Positions 10,354 through 23,136 are shown, counted from the first letter of the stretch. The stretch: 64,000 bases of DNA from an uncultured Actinomycetes bacterium (GCA_963767005.1 CAVYCN010000007.1:64001-128000); one strand, 5' to 3'. Notes: generated by a model from the letters alone, not told the origin. Program-made: numbers and translations.

Positions 10354-10769
10354 ACGAGCCCGCCGAGGCCGCCGGCGTGGTGCGCGGCGATGTACGAAAA
10401 GGCCTTGAGGGCGAAGAAGCCGAGCGAGATCACGGCGATCGCCATGCAGCAGACGAACACGATCTTGTGCCGCTGGATCCCCAGGCCGAAGTCCATGAGC
10501 AGGATGCGCACGCCGTTCAAGGCGTGGAACAGCACCGCCCAGACGAGCAGCAGGTCGAGCAGTACGAAGAGCGGGTGGTCGAACATGCCGAACGTGCTGT
10601 TCAGGGTGGAGCGCCCGGCGACGCGCGCGGTCGAGATCACGCCGATGTGGGCGAACAGGTAGAGCACGAGGACGATCCCGGCGATCCGGAAGAGCAGCCA
10701 GGCCCACATGCCGAGGCCCTTCCAGTTGCCAGCGCCCACGTTGCGAGTGGCGGCGTCGACCGGGCTCAC
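10350..10769 (-). CDS. sdhC: Succinate dehydrogenase cytochrome b556 subunit
   Basis: GMWAWLLFRIAG..YLFAHI..FHALNGVRILLMD; GTG start after AGGGGG. Confidence 0.88.
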   Translation of the reverse strand: MSPVDAATRNVGAGNWKGLGMWAWLLFRIAGIVLVLYLFAHIGVISTARVAGRSTLNSTFGMFDHPLFVLLDLLLVWAVLFHALNGVRILLMDFGLGIQRHKIVFVCCMAIAVISLGFFALKAFSYIAAHHAGGLGGLV

Positions 10770-11058
10770 GAGACATGCCCCCCTTCGGCTCAGGTTGAGG
10801 GATCGCGCCAGCAATCGTACCGGGACGGCAAGAGCGGCGCAATGAGTCAGGTCGGCGCGACGGCGCCTCACCCGACGGGGGTGAACGCCGACAGCGCCCA
10901 GTCGCGCCACGGGTCGAAAGAGGGGTAGACTACAGACGGTACATGGCGCGCCGGGAAGTCTGGTCGGCACCGGCGCTTCGCGTGCACAGGGCGCCGGATC
11001 GCAGAGACATCGCTCCGGCGCCTCGTCGTGCCGGGGGCACGAACGCGAAAGGAAGCCG

Positions 11059-12503
11059 ATGCCGTCGTCTGCCTCGCCCGCCGGCGGGTCGCCGGCACGC
11101 GGGCGGTCGGCACCGGCCGTCCCGTCGAGCGGTCTCAGATCCTGGCTCGCCCATCACCGCGGCGTGCTGCTCGTCGCCTTCGCCTTTACCGTCATGGCCG
11201 ACCCGGTGTCGTCGGTCGCCTACGCCGTCGAAGCCGCGCTGCGTGCCCTCGGCGGCGACCTGTCGCTGCTGCTGCCCACCATGACGGTCGTGATCTGCAT
11301 CATCGCCGTCGTGATCGCCAACTACCATCAGCTCGTGGCCCGCTTCCCCAGGGGGGCGGCGCCGCGGCGGCATCGGGCGCCGCCTTCAGCGAGGGGATCG
11401 CCTTTGTGCCGCTCGGCGCGCTCGTCGTCGACTTCGTGCTCACCATCGCGATCAGCGTCGCCGCAGGCACCTCGGCGATCGTGGCCTACTTCCCCGCTGC
11501 CCACACGATCCGCGTCCCTCTGGCGCTCGGGCTCCTGCTGCTGGTCGCCGGGCTCACCTGGTTCGGCCACTGGGGACGCATCCTGTTCGCCCTCATGACG
11601 CTGTCGTTCGTGGGCTGCGGCAGCGCCCTGCTGATCTCGGGCTTCTCGCGACCCGCCGCGACGACGACGGTCGCCACCGGTCACACCCACGGGCTCGCCT
11701 TCGTCTCGGTGATGCTCGCCTTCCCCGTGGGCATGGCCCTCGCGACCGGGGTCGAAGCCCCGTCGTCGGCGATCGCCCAGCTCGGCCAGCTCGACAACAA
11801 CGGCCGGCGCTTCTTCGGCCGGGTCACGCTGTGGCTCACGCTCATCGTCGTCGGCGGCCTCACGCTGGGTCTCACCGCGCTCGCCGTGCGCCTGCGGATC
11901 GGGATCCCGCCGGCCAACAGCACGCAGATCGGCGACGTCGCGCGGGCCGCGGGCGGACGCACGCTGTTCCCCCTGTTCCAGGCCGCGAGCGCCGTGCTGC
12001 TCCTGGCCGCGGCCAGCTCCTCGTTCCAGGCCGGGCCCGGGCTGCTCAAGGCGCTGGCCCGCACGCCGCAGGCCGGCGGGGCGCGCACCGGCATCCTGCC
12101 GGCTGTGCTGGGTCGCACCAATCGCCATCACACGCCCTACTGGGCGGGGCTGGTCTACCTGGTCGCCGCGGCGGCCGTCATCGTCGCGGCCGGCGGTCGC
12201 GACCAGGAGCTCGTCCTGTTCTACGCGGTCGCCGTCTTCATGAGCTTCCTCGCCGGCCTGCTCGCCATGCTGCGCTTCTCCTGGAACGAACGCCGCCTGC
12301 GCTGGGTCGTCCTGAACGCGCTCGGGTCGCTGCTCGTGGCTTTCACCCTCGGCGTCAATCTCGTGCGCGGGTACCCCCTTGTGTCGCTGGCCGCGGCACT
12401 CCTCATCGCCTTCCTGTTCCACCGCCTCTGGGTGCGGGCGGGACGTCCCCGGGGCATCTCGCAGGCGGTACGCAGCGCCGAGCTCGCGACGGACGAGGAA
12501 TGA
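11059..12503 (+). pseudogene. APC-family permease (KimA/YdaO-like) split by a 1-nt frameshift at ~11346-11356
   Basis: Frame A carries DPVSSVAYA...NYHQLVARFP and frame B continues QGGGA...VDFVLTIAISVAAG...ATGVEA. One extra base in CCCCAGGGGGG restores a single ORF, so this may be an assembly error. Confidence 0.75.
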
Positions 12504-13486
12504 CGGTCCTCCTCTTCGTCGTCGGCGCCGCGGTCAGTCTGGCCGCGAGCGTCGTGCTCGTCACGCGCCTGGAGCGGCTGGGCCAGAGGCTCGCCGCGCC
12601 CGAGGCCGTGCTGGGCCTCGTGACCGCGCTCGCCGCCGACTCCCCCGAGATCTCCACCGCCTTGGCGGCCATCGCGGGCGGGCGCCGCGACGTGGGCGCC
12701 GGCGTCGTGCTCGGCTCGAACGCCTTCAACCTCGCCGCGCTGCTTGGGCTGAGCGCCCTCGTCGCGGGGCGCATCGGGCTGCACCGCAGGGTCGTCGTGC
12801 TCGAGGGCGTCGTCGCGCTGTGGGTGGCGTTCCTGACGATCGCGGTCGCTGCGCGGACCGTCGCGCCGCTCGCCGGTCTGCTGCTCACACTCGTCGTGTT
12901 CGCGCCCTATCTGGTGGTGTCGGCCTTGCCGCCGACGGAGCGCCGTCGTCTTCCTCTCCCCCGCTCCTGGCGCGCGTGGCTGGCGTCGGCCGTGAACGAA
13001 GAGGAGCTCGAGCTGGTCGCCGCGATCCATCCGCGCAGAGGGCGCTGGACGGACGCCGCGGCTGCCCTCGTCGCCCTCGTCGCCGTCGTTGTCGCGAGCG
13101 TCCTGATGGAGCGGACGGGCGCCACGCTCGGTGTACGCTGGGGCGTGTCGAGCATCGTGGTCGGCGGCATCGTGCTGGCTGCGGTGACCAGCCTGCCCAA
13201 CGCGGTGGCGGCCGTGTACCTCGCCTCGCGTGGCCGGGCGTCGGCGACGCTGTCGGAGGCCTTGAACAGCAACGCCCTGAACGCGATCATCGGCCTGATG
13301 ATCCCGGCCGCCGTGCTGCGGTTCGGCAGGCTGCCGTCGGCAGGGCTCGTGGCGGCCGGGTGGTACGCGGGCCTCACCGCGCTCACCGTCGGCCTCGCCT
13401 TCGTCGCCCGCGGCCTCGACCGCCGGATGGGATGCCTCATCATCGCCGCCTACGCGATCTTCGTCGTCGTGCTCGTACGCATATGA
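12500..13486 (+). CDS. Na+/Ca2+ exchanger (CaCA, YrbG-like)
   Basis: Alpha-repeat motifs ALAADSPE/GSNAFNL and VTSLPN/NSNALN, about 10 TM segments, and an ATGA overlap with the permease. Confidence 0.85.
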   Translation: MTVLLFVVGAAVSLAASVVLVTRLERLGQRLAAPEAVLGLVTALAADSPEISTALAAIAGGRRDVGAGVVLGSNAFNLAALLGLSALVAGRIGLHRRVVVLEGVVALWVAFLTIAVAARTVAPLAGLLLTLVVFAPYLVVSALPPTERRRLPLPRSWRAWLASAVNEEELELVAAIHPRRGRWTDAAAALVALVAVVVASVLMERTGATLGVRWGVSSIVVGGIVLAAVTSLPNAVAAVYLASRGRASATLSEALNSNALNAIIGLMIPAAVLRFGRLPSAGLVAAGWYAGLTALTVGLAFVARGLDRRMGCLIIAAYAIFVVVLVRI

Positions 13487-13544
13487 GGCCCGGCGTCGCC
13501 ACTCCGCGCCGCACGCGACCGCCCGCCGGTGGTCGGCAGATCCG

Positions 13545-14195
13545 ATGAGCAGCGGCCGCGCGGCTGATGAGGCCGACCGCGCACGCCTTGTCGAGCGTGC
13601 GTTGCTGCTCTCCGTCGTGTCGGTGATCTGGGGATGCCTTTCGGGGGGCTTCTCGCTGACCGTCGGCGTCGTCGACGGGAGCCTGGCCGTCGTCGGCGTC
13701 GGCCTCGAGGTGCTCGCTGACCTCGCCGGTTCGGCGGCGCTCGTCCGGCGCTTCCGAGCCGAGCGCCGCGCAGGTCCTGTCGAGGCTCTCGGAGCGGAGT
13801 CGCGCGCCCGCATCGTCGTCGCCGTCGCCCTCGCCGTCACGAGCGCCGTTCTGGTCGCGAGTGCGGCGCACGCGCTCCTTGTGGGGTCGCGACCCAGCGC
13901 GTCGCTCCTGTCGATCGTCGGCCCCGTCGTGACCTTCGCCGTACTCCTCCCGCTCGCCACCGCCAAGCGCCGCGTCAGCGGCGCCCTCCATAGCTCCGCC
14001 CTGCGTGGCGACGCGAGCATGAGCGCCATCGGAGCGGCGACATCGCTCCTGGCGATCGGGGGTCTTCTTCTCTACCACTCGCTCGGCTGGTGGTGGGTCG
14101 ACAGGGTGGCGGCCCTCGTGATCGCCGCCGTCGCCGCCGGAGAGGCATGGCGCACGTGGCGCGCCGGACGCGAGCTCGGCGCCGATGGGCGATAG
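13545..14195 (+). CDS. Cation-efflux (CDF/TMEM163-like) membrane protein
   Basis: About 6 TM segments; GSLAVVGVGLEVLADL, KRRVS..LHSSALRGDA and GWWWVDRVAAL. Confidence 0.7.
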   Translation: MSSGRAADEADRARLVERALLLSVVSVIWGCLSGGFSLTVGVVDGSLAVVGVGLEVLADLAGSAALVRRFRAERRAGPVEALGAESRARIVVAVALAVTSAVLVASAAHALLVGSRPSASLLSIVGPVVTFAVLLPLATAKRRVSGALHSSALRGDASMSAIGAATSLLAIGGLLLYHSLGWWWVDRVAALVIAAVAAGEAWRTWRAGRELGADGR

Positions 14196-14378
14196 GCGCT
14201 CGCCGAGCGCCGGCGACAGGCGCACCGCCCGAGCGTCGTGGGCCCGCGGCGTGTCAAAACGGCGGCGGGCGCCGGAGCCAACGGCTCCGGCGCCCGTCCG
14301 CGTGTGGGACAGGACTCGACGTGTGTCCGACGTGTGCCGGCCGCCGCGTCCGCCCGACCCTGTGCCCGAGGATCCGGG

Positions 14379-15056
14379 TCAGGCCGCCCGGCGCTCCTCG
14401 GCGCTCTGGCTCGTGCTCATCGACGACGGCACGGTGACGACCGCACGACGGTGCATCATCATGGCGGCGACGTAGCCGCCTGCCGCCGCCGTGACCAGGC
14501 CGATGAGGGAGAAGAGCAGGTAGTAGCCGGCGTAGGTGCCGGTGGCCGGGCTCACGCTCGTGAGCGGACTCACGCTCGCCGCGGGCAGGCCGATCGCGTT
14601 CTTGACGGCGGCGCCGCTGTTCAGGCCGAAGCCCAGCAGGCCGGCCACACCCAGCGTGCTCATCACGGTGGTGGCCGTCACGCTCACGCCCCAGGTGATG
14701 AAGGCGTGCCAGAGACCGTCGCCCACGCTACGCGAGTTCGACAGGGACCCGGCCACGAGGCCGCCGATCGCGAGGGCGATGGCGGCCCACACCCCGGTCC
14801 ACACGGCGATGGTCGTCGCCGACGTGATCACGGTCCCCGGGGTGGTCAGCTTGCCCAGGCCGAAGTTGGCCCAGATGCTGAGGCCGGAGAGGGCGAACTG
14901 GATAGCCACGACCACGAAGGCTGCGGCGAACACACTGCCCCAACTGATTCTCGTGATCCAGCTCGGCACCATGCCCGAGCGTGGCAAGTTACTGGTATCG
15001 ACCAGGTTCGGCGACCGGCCGTAGTCTGCCGGCCTGTCTCCCCGTGGTTCGTACAT
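14379..15056 (-). CDS. Multi-pass membrane protein (RISWG-type, probably stress-associated)
   Basis: RISWGSVFAA...GLWHAFITWG with 4 TM segments; GGAGG RBS before ATG 15056. Confidence 0.75.
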   Translation of the reverse strand: MYEPRGDRPADYGRSPNLVDTSNLPRSGMVPSWITRISWGSVFAAAFVVVAIQFALSGLSIWANFGLGKLTTPGTVITSATTIAVWTGVWAAIALAIGGLVAGSLSNSRSVGDGLWHAFITWGVSVTATTVMSTLGVAGLLGFGLNSGAAVKNAIGLPAASVSPLTSVSPATGTYAGYYLLFSLIGLVTAAAGGYVAAMMMHRRAVVTVPSSMSTSQSAEERRAA

Positions 15057-15124
15057 ATCAGGCACCTCCCAGTGTCTGAGTTCCCTTTGTTTTGCAGGAA
15101 GATCGCGACCCCACTACAGATGTG

Positions 15125-15148
15125 TTACCGATGGGCGAGATTCGTAAC
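15125..15148 (-). promoter_or_regulatory. SigB/SigF-like promoter
   Basis: GTTA-N14-CGGTAA upstream of the membrane protein gene. Confidence 0.35.
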
Positions 15149-15193
15149 CGGGACTTTCGCTACCGGCGCTACCGGCCGCACAGACGGCGACGT

Positions 15194-15227
15194 GGCGGCG
15201 GGGCGTCCTGTCGGACGCCCCGCCGCC
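15194..15227. terminator. Perfect 15-bp hairpin, probable terminator downstream of lon
   Basis: GGCGGCGGGGCGTCC-tgtc-GGACGCCCCGCCGCC. Confidence 0.6.
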
Positions 15228-15235
15228 CCGTCGAG

Positions 15236-15283
15236 CGACTTCGTCGTCGTCGCTCAGGCATGCGTGGCTTCGCTGCGCGCTAG
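15236..15283 (+). repeat. Dispersed ~49-nt intergenic repeat, copy 1 (diverged; abuts the IS end)
   Basis: CGACTTCGTCGTCGTCGCTCAGGCATGCGTGGCTTCGCTGCGCGCTAG matches the copies at 34976, 35033 and 45175. Confidence 0.8.
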
Positions 15284-16227
15284 TGATTGATCACGAGATT
15301 CGCCTGCCCAAGGAAGACAAGCAGAGAGGCCGAAGCCGACGGTGCTCATAGCTCGTCGACCGGAGGCCACGATGGACGCCGACCTCGACACTCTCTGCCC
15401 GTGGTGTATTGCACAGCCGACGACCTGCTGCAGAGGGCAGGCATGCCGCGTAGGGTCACCGACGCCGAGCTGGTCACGCTCTGCGTCGCCAGGCGATCAT
15501 GGGCATCCTCCGACCGTCGCTTCCTGGCCGTCGCCGCAGCGCCTCGGTCACCTCTTCCGGCTGCCTCCCAGGCGGCTATCCAGCGCCGCCGCCGCCTGGC
15601 CGACGCGATCGAGTGGCTCATGGGCGTCTTCGCCAGCCAAAGCCCGGGCTTCCATGACGACCTTCTGCTCTGCGATTCGACCCCGGTGGAGTGCGCAGGA
15701 GCCGCGAGACGGCCAGGCGCTCGGCCCTGGGCGAGGCCGCCGGCTACGGCTACTGCGCCGCCCACTCGCGCTACTTCTGGGGCTTTCGCCTCCACCTGCT
15801 GGCCGCGCCGACGGCACGCCGCGGGCCTTCACGCTCGCCGATCCTGCCGTGACGACGCGAGGTGGCGCTCACGCTCCTCGAGCGCTGCCGGCGCGACACC
15901 CGCGAGGTGTTCGTCTGCGACAAGGGCTACGCCGGGAGCGAGTTCGCCGCTGCGTCGGCGAGCTCGGCATGCTCGTGGTGCGCCTGCGACGTCTAGACGA
16001 GCCCGTCGAGGGACTTCGTCGGCGTCGATCCGCCAGCGCATCGAGTGGATCTTCTGGACCTGCAAGGACTTGCTCACCCTCGAGCGCCACGGGGCGCGCA
16101 CCCTGGCGGGACTGCGCGAGCGGTTGCAGAGGTTCCTCTGCCTGGCGGCCTGCATCAGCCTCAACAACCGCCTGGGCAGGCCGAGCCGGGCTTGTGGGTA
16201 CTGCGTGAGGCTGCGGGCTGGAATAAA

Positions 16228-16231
<4 letters not shown>
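15280..16231 (+). mobile_element. IS982-family insertion sequence with a multiply frameshifted transposase (15372-~16208)
   Basis: Fragments in different frames: MDADLDTL, VYCTADDLL, TDAELVTLCVA, LLCDSTPVEC, GYGYCAAHSRYFWGFRLHLL, CDKGYAG, IRQRIEWIFWTCKDLLTLERHGART. CTAG occurs at both ends (15280-83, 16228-31). Confidence 0.85.
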
Positions 16232-18734
<2,503 letters not shown>

Positions 18735-18738
<4 letters not shown>

Positions 18739-19166
18739 GACTCACCGCCTACTCTGATCTCGATGCGCTGCTTGCGCGGGTCCTGCGAGAGCAGCGGCAG
18801 GCGCACCTCGAGCACCCCCGCGTCGTAGGTCGCATGGGCCGCCTCGACGTCGACGTCGACCGCCAGGCGGATGTGGCGTTCGAAGTCGCCGTAGTCCATC
18901 TCGACCTGCTGGTAGACGCGATGCTCGCCGCCGGGAAAGCCGCGCCGTCCGTGCACGACGACCTTGCGCGACTCGACGTCGAGCTGGATCTCCTCGCGGC
19001 GCAGGCCGGGCAGCTCGAAGCGCACGACGAGCTCGCGCGAGGCCTCCTCGAAGTAGACGTCGGCGAGCGGCACGAAGCCGGCTCTGCTCGAGAACTGCGC
19101 GCTGCGGCTGATGCAGGCGCTGTCGAACGTACGCAGCACTTCGCGGTGCAGCTTGTCACGGTCCAC
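18735..19166 (-). CDS. Hsp20/alpha-crystallin small heat shock protein
   Basis: PLADVY..VRFELPG..YGDFERHIRL..ATYDAGVLEVRLP; overlaps the lon start. Confidence 0.9.
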
Positions 19167-19222
19167 GGGCGACTCCTTCGGCGCGAGGCGCGCGGGCCCG
19201 GCATGTCCCGCGCGGTTGTCAT

Positions 19223-19248
19223 CTACCCACGGCCCGTGGCCGTCTAAC
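19223..19248 (-). promoter_or_regulatory. SigB/SigF-like promoter of hsp20-lon
   Basis: GTTA-N16-GGGTAG. Confidence 0.4.
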
Positions 19249-19350
19249 GGCGCCCGGGCGCAAGCGGCGACGGCCAGAGTCTATCAGGGGCGCTCCACGG
19301 CGACGGACGATGGGCACCGCGGTCGCATGGCGGCCGGAGCGTCGCTCGGG

Positions 19351-20208
19351 TCAGCCGACGGCGCGCGACGGCCGATCGGCGGCAAGGCCGGTGAGCCGTT
19401 CGCTGACCTGCCAGAAGGCGCCCTGCAGCTCGCGGTCGTAACTGGCCGCCGACGAGGTCGTCGGGCGCTCGTCGGCGTAGTAGCCGCCGGTCACGGCGGC
19501 GACCTCGGGCGAGCTTGCGAGGTAGACCGCGGTGCGGGCGCCCTCGACCGGGGCCGCGCCACCCGAGGAACGAAAGCCGGCGTGCAGCAGCTTGGTCGAC
19601 ACGGCGCCGGGGTGCAGCGCGTTCACCGTCACGCCGGTGCCCTCCAGCCGCCTGGCGAGCTCGTAGGCGAAGAGCAGGTTGCCGAGCTTCGAGAGGCCGT
19701 AGGCGGCGGTGCCGTCGTAGTGGCGCGCCCCCTGCAGGTCGCGCAGGTCGACGGCGGCCCGCTGGTGGACGCCCGAGCTCACCACGACGATCCGCGAGGG
19801 CGCCGCGGCGAACAGCAGGTCGAGCAGCAGGTTCGTGAGCAGGAAGGGCGCCAGATGGTTGACCTGGAAGGTCGTCTCGAGACCATCCTCGGTGAGGTGG
19901 CGCCGCGCCTGCCAGACGCCAGCGTTGTCGACCAGCACGTGCAGACGGTCGGTGCGGCGCTGCACCTCCGCGGCGAGCGCCCGCACCTGCCGCAGCGACT
20001 GGAAGTCGGCGAGCACGACTTCGAGCTCGTCGCTGCCGGTCGAGAAGGCGATGTAGCGCCGCGTCGCCTCGGCGCGGCGCACGTCGCGCCCGTGCAGGAG
20101 CAGGCGCGCGCCGCGCGCCGCCAGCTCGCGCGCCACCTCCTGGCCGATGCCGTCGGTCGCCCCGGTGACCAGCACCGTGCGGCCCTTGAGACTCGTGTCC
20201 TCGCTCAC
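19351..20208 (-). CDS. SDR oxidoreductase (retinol dehydrogenase-like)
   Basis: TGATDGIG, DNAG, YGLSK and LHPGAV. Confidence 0.92.
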   Translation of the reverse strand: MSEDTSLKGRTVLVTGATDGIGQEVARELAARGARLLLHGRDVRRAEATRRYIAFSTGSDELEVVLADFQSLRQVRALAAEVQRRTDRLHVLVDNAGVWQARRHLTEDGLETTFQVNHLAPFLLTNLLLDLLFAAAPSRIVVVSSGVHQRAAVDLRDLQGARHYDGTAAYGLSKLGNLLFAYELARRLEGTGVTVNALHPGAVSTKLLHAGFRSSGGAAPVEGARTAVYLASSPEVAAVTGGYYADERPTTSSAASYDRELQGAFWQVSERLTGLAADRPSRAVG

Positions 20209-20748
20209 GTCCGCCTCGCTCGATCCGCAGCGCCGTCGTACTGCCCGGCGCGGCCTCGCCACCGTCTCGGTCGACGGTGCCCGCGGCGCGCGACCGGCAA
20301 ACGGGGGCGCGCTCAAAGACCGGCGGCCGGCAGAAGGCAGCGGGGTCCTGCCTTGCGCCGGAGCCTGCCCGACCGGCCGCCGCAGCCACGCGGCGGGGCA
20401 GCCGCACCCTCGGGAACGTCCACGTGCTCCGGACGCCATGGTGATCCACACCGCGCCGTCGTCATCGGGACAGCGGCGGCCGCCAGTGCTTGACTCAGGC
20501 TGTGCCGAGCGCGGGCGGCGCGCCGCCACGTGCGCCGCCCCGCGGCAAGGTCACCAGGCTGGCAGGGGGTGGGCGGAGGGGCCGCGGGGCACCGTGACGG
20601 TGCGCCGGCTCGGCTGTGGCGGCGGGCGGCGCATGCGCGCCGCCCGCCGCCGGGTCTCCCACGCGACCGGGCCGAGCGGCCGAGCCTGCCGGCCGCACCT
20701 CCCGCCGCGCGGGCTGGCAATGTCCCCCGGACGCGGTACGATAGTCGG

Positions 20749-22677
20749 GTGCAGTTAGCGTTCACGACTGTCCACGAGCTGGTGGCTCTCCTCGAGCAGG
20801 CCGGCGAACCCCTCGATTACCGCGAGGTCTGGCCACGCCTCTTCCCCGTGGCCAACTGCCCACCCGAGCTCATGCGCGCGCTGGTCTCCGACATCGTGCG
20901 CGACGACGAGCGCCTGGCGTGGGATGGCCCCTTCCACGTCGGGCTCGAAGCCTGGCGCGCGCAGCGCCGCGACCTGGCCGACGTCGCCTTCACCGTCGTC
21001 GATCTCGAGACCACCGGCGGCACGCCGGGCTTCACCAAGATCACCGAGATCGGCGCCGTGCGGCTCGAGGGCGGCCGCCAGGTGGCGACTTTCTCGCAGC
21101 TCGTCGACCCCCGCCAGGCGGTGCCGCCCAAGATCACCGACATCACCGGCATCACCGCCGAGATGCTGCACGGCCAGCCCACGATCGAAGAGGTGCTGCC
21201 GCGCTTTCTCGACTTCTCGGCCGGCTCGGTGCTGGTCGCCCACAACGCGCGCTTCGACCTGGGCTTCCTCGACTACGAGCTGGGCGTGCTCATGCGCCAG
21301 ACGTTCCCGCGCCCGACGCTCGACACGCTGCGCCTCGCGCGCCGCCTGCTGCCGCCGATGCGCTGCTCGCTGGCCGCGCTCGCGGAGCGCTTCGACACGG
21401 CGGCCAAGCCCCGCCACCGCGCCCTCGACGACGCCCTCGCCACGGGCGAGATCCTGCTGTTGCTGCTCGCCATGGCCCAGGAGCAGGGCGTCACCACGCT
21501 CGAAGAGGTCGTGCGGCTGTGCGAGCCGGGCGCCCGGCGCAACTACCACAAGATCGTGCTCACCGAGCCCCTGCCCACGCGGCCCGGCGTCTACATCATG
21601 CGCGACGCCCGCGGCCGCGAGCTCTACATCGGCAAGGCCGACAACCTGCGCCGCCGGACGCGAGACCATTTTCTGCAGCGCCAGGCCTACGGCGCCCGCC
21701 AGGCGCTCGAGCTGCTCGACCACTTCGACGTGCTCGAGACGGGCTCCGAGTTCGCCGCGCTGCTGCTCGAGTCGCGCCTGATCGCCAAGCACCGTCCGCC
21801 CTACAACCAGCAGGGCACCCGGGTCTCGAGCTACCACTACGTCAAGCTGACGACCGACCCGTACCCGCGCCTCTACGCCACGCCGAACCGGCGCGACGAC
21901 GGCGCCCTCTACGCCGGCCCCTTCCGCCGCGCGAGCTTCGCCCGCCGCCTGGTCGACCTGCTGAACTCGATCTATCCGCTGCGCACCTGCGTGCGCCTGC
22001 GCGACGCCGCCGACACCGCCCGCGCCTGCCTGCGCCACGACATCGGCGCCTGCCTCGCACCTTGTCGCGGCAAGCTGAACGGCGAGTACCACGAGATCGT
22101 CGCCCAGGTGGAGCGGGTGCTCGAGGGCGACGGCCGCGAGCTCGGCACCGAGCTCGACCGCCGCCAGGCCGCGCTCGTCGCCGAGCTCGCCTTCGAGCAG
22201 GCCGCGCGCCTGCAGTCGGGGCGCGAGACGCTCGAGCAGGGGCTGCGTACGATCGGCCGCCTGCACACCGCCTCGCGCACCTGGGCCCTGCTGATCTACC
22301 CGTCCCGCCAGCCGGGCCGGGCGACCGTCTACAGCGTGGCCGCGGGCAGCATCGTCGACGAGACCGCGCTGCGCCCGGCCGACTTCTTGCCCGAGGTCGC
22401 CCGCGACCTCGTGGCGCGGCTCTACACGGCCGTCCCGCCGCGGCCCCCCCTGCCGACCGACACGATCGATGAGATCCTGCTCGTGTCGAGCTGGCTGCGA
22501 CGTCACCGTGCGGCCGCCAACGTCGTCATGCTGCCCGCCCCCCACGCGTCCGCGACACTCCGCGACGACGCCGCCGACGAGCTGCTCCAGCGCCTGCCAC
22601 TGTGCATCGGCACGCGCGACGAGTCCGGCGCGGCGGCCGGCCTCGAGGAGCTCGCCCTGCCGACCGGCCGCCGCTGA
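20749..22677 (+). CDS. DEDDh (DnaQ-like) exonuclease fused to a UvrC-like GIY-YIG endonuclease (Rv2191-like)
   Basis: VVDLETTG, AHNARFD and HRALDDA, then PGVYIM..LYIGKA..LRRR, GPF, CLRHDIGACLAPC and a UVR-like FEQAARL. Probably leaderless GTG after TACGAT (20737-42). Confidence 0.88.
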   Translation: MQLAFTTVHELVALLEQAGEPLDYREVWPRLFPVANCPPELMRALVSDIVRDDERLAWDGPFHVGLEAWRAQRRDLADVAFTVVDLETTGGTPGFTKITEIGAVRLEGGRQVATFSQLVDPRQAVPPKITDITGITAEMLHGQPTIEEVLPRFLDFSAGSVLVAHNARFDLGFLDYELGVLMRQTFPRPTLDTLRLARRLLPPMRCSLAALAERFDTAAKPRHRALDDALATGEILLLLLAMAQEQGVTTLEEVVRLCEPGARRNYHKIVLTEPLPTRPGVYIMRDARGRELYIGKADNLRRRTRDHFLQRQAYGARQALELLDHFDVLETGSEFAALLLESRLIAKHRPPYNQQGTRVSSYHYVKLTTDPYPRLYATPNRRDDGALYAGPFRRASFARRLVDLLNSIYPLRTCVRLRDAADTARACLRHDIGACLAPCRGKLNGEYHEIVAQVERVLEGDGRELGTELDRRQAALVAELAFEQAARLQSGRETLEQGLRTIGRLHTASRTWALLIYPSRQPGRATVYSVAAGSIVDETALRPADFLPEVARDLVARLYTAVPPRPPLPTDTIDEILLVSSWLRRHRAAANVVMLPAPHASATLRDDAADELLQRLPLCIGTRDESGAAAGLEELALPTGRR

Positions 22678-22799
22678 CCCGAGCCTCCAGGGTGGTGACC
22701 TCGAGCGGCTCGCGGCCGTGCCCGCCGACGTGAGGCCGGCGGGCACGCGGAACGGCGACCACCTGGTGCCCGCCGCATTGTCTCTCGTCATCGTCAACC

Positions 22800-22828
22800 T
22801 TGACACGAACGTACGTTCGTCCTACGCT
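22800..22828 (+). promoter_or_regulatory. Sigma-A promoter with a LexA (SOS) box
   Basis: TTGACA (22800-05), CGAACGTACGTTCG (22806-19), TACGCT (22823-28); 17-bp spacer. Confidence 0.88.
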
Positions 22829-22884
22829 GCGTCGGCACGACCGAGAGCCGTACGGCATCACCGGCGACGACGCGAGCTGCAAGC

Positions 22885-23136
22885 GTGGCAACCGACCTTC
22901 CCGCCCCCATCACGGTCTTCTGGCGACCTCTCTCCCGCGCCCCGCGGGCCTTCGTCTGGCAAAGGCGGCGCTGGCGAGTCGAGCGTGTCCTGCAACGCTG
23001 GGCCGTCGACACCGGCTGGTGGAACGACGACGTGCGCGTCGATCGCCGCTACTTCCGCGTGATGGCCGACAACCGCCTCTTCGACATCTATCTCGACCGG
23101 GTCCGCAAGCGCTGGTTCCTCGAGCGCCTGCCGTAG
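22885..23136 (+). CDS. DUF6504-family small protein (ImuB C-terminal-like)
   Basis: PRAFVWQRRRWRVERVLQRW.VDTGWW...RRYFRV...FDIYLD...WFLERL; lies downstream of an SOS box. Confidence 0.75.
   Translation: MATDLPAPITVFWRPLSRAPRAFVWQRRRWRVERVLQRWAVDTGWWNDDVRVDRRYFRVMADNRLFDIYLDRVRKRWFLERLP

Noticed and set aside
11346-11356. Programmed frameshift in the APC permease
   Set aside because: No X_XXY_YYZ heptamer in phase; an indel is the simpler explanation.
15111-15126. Extra NrdR box (ccactacagatgtgtt)
   Set aside because: A single partial match, not next to a nucleotide-metabolism gene.
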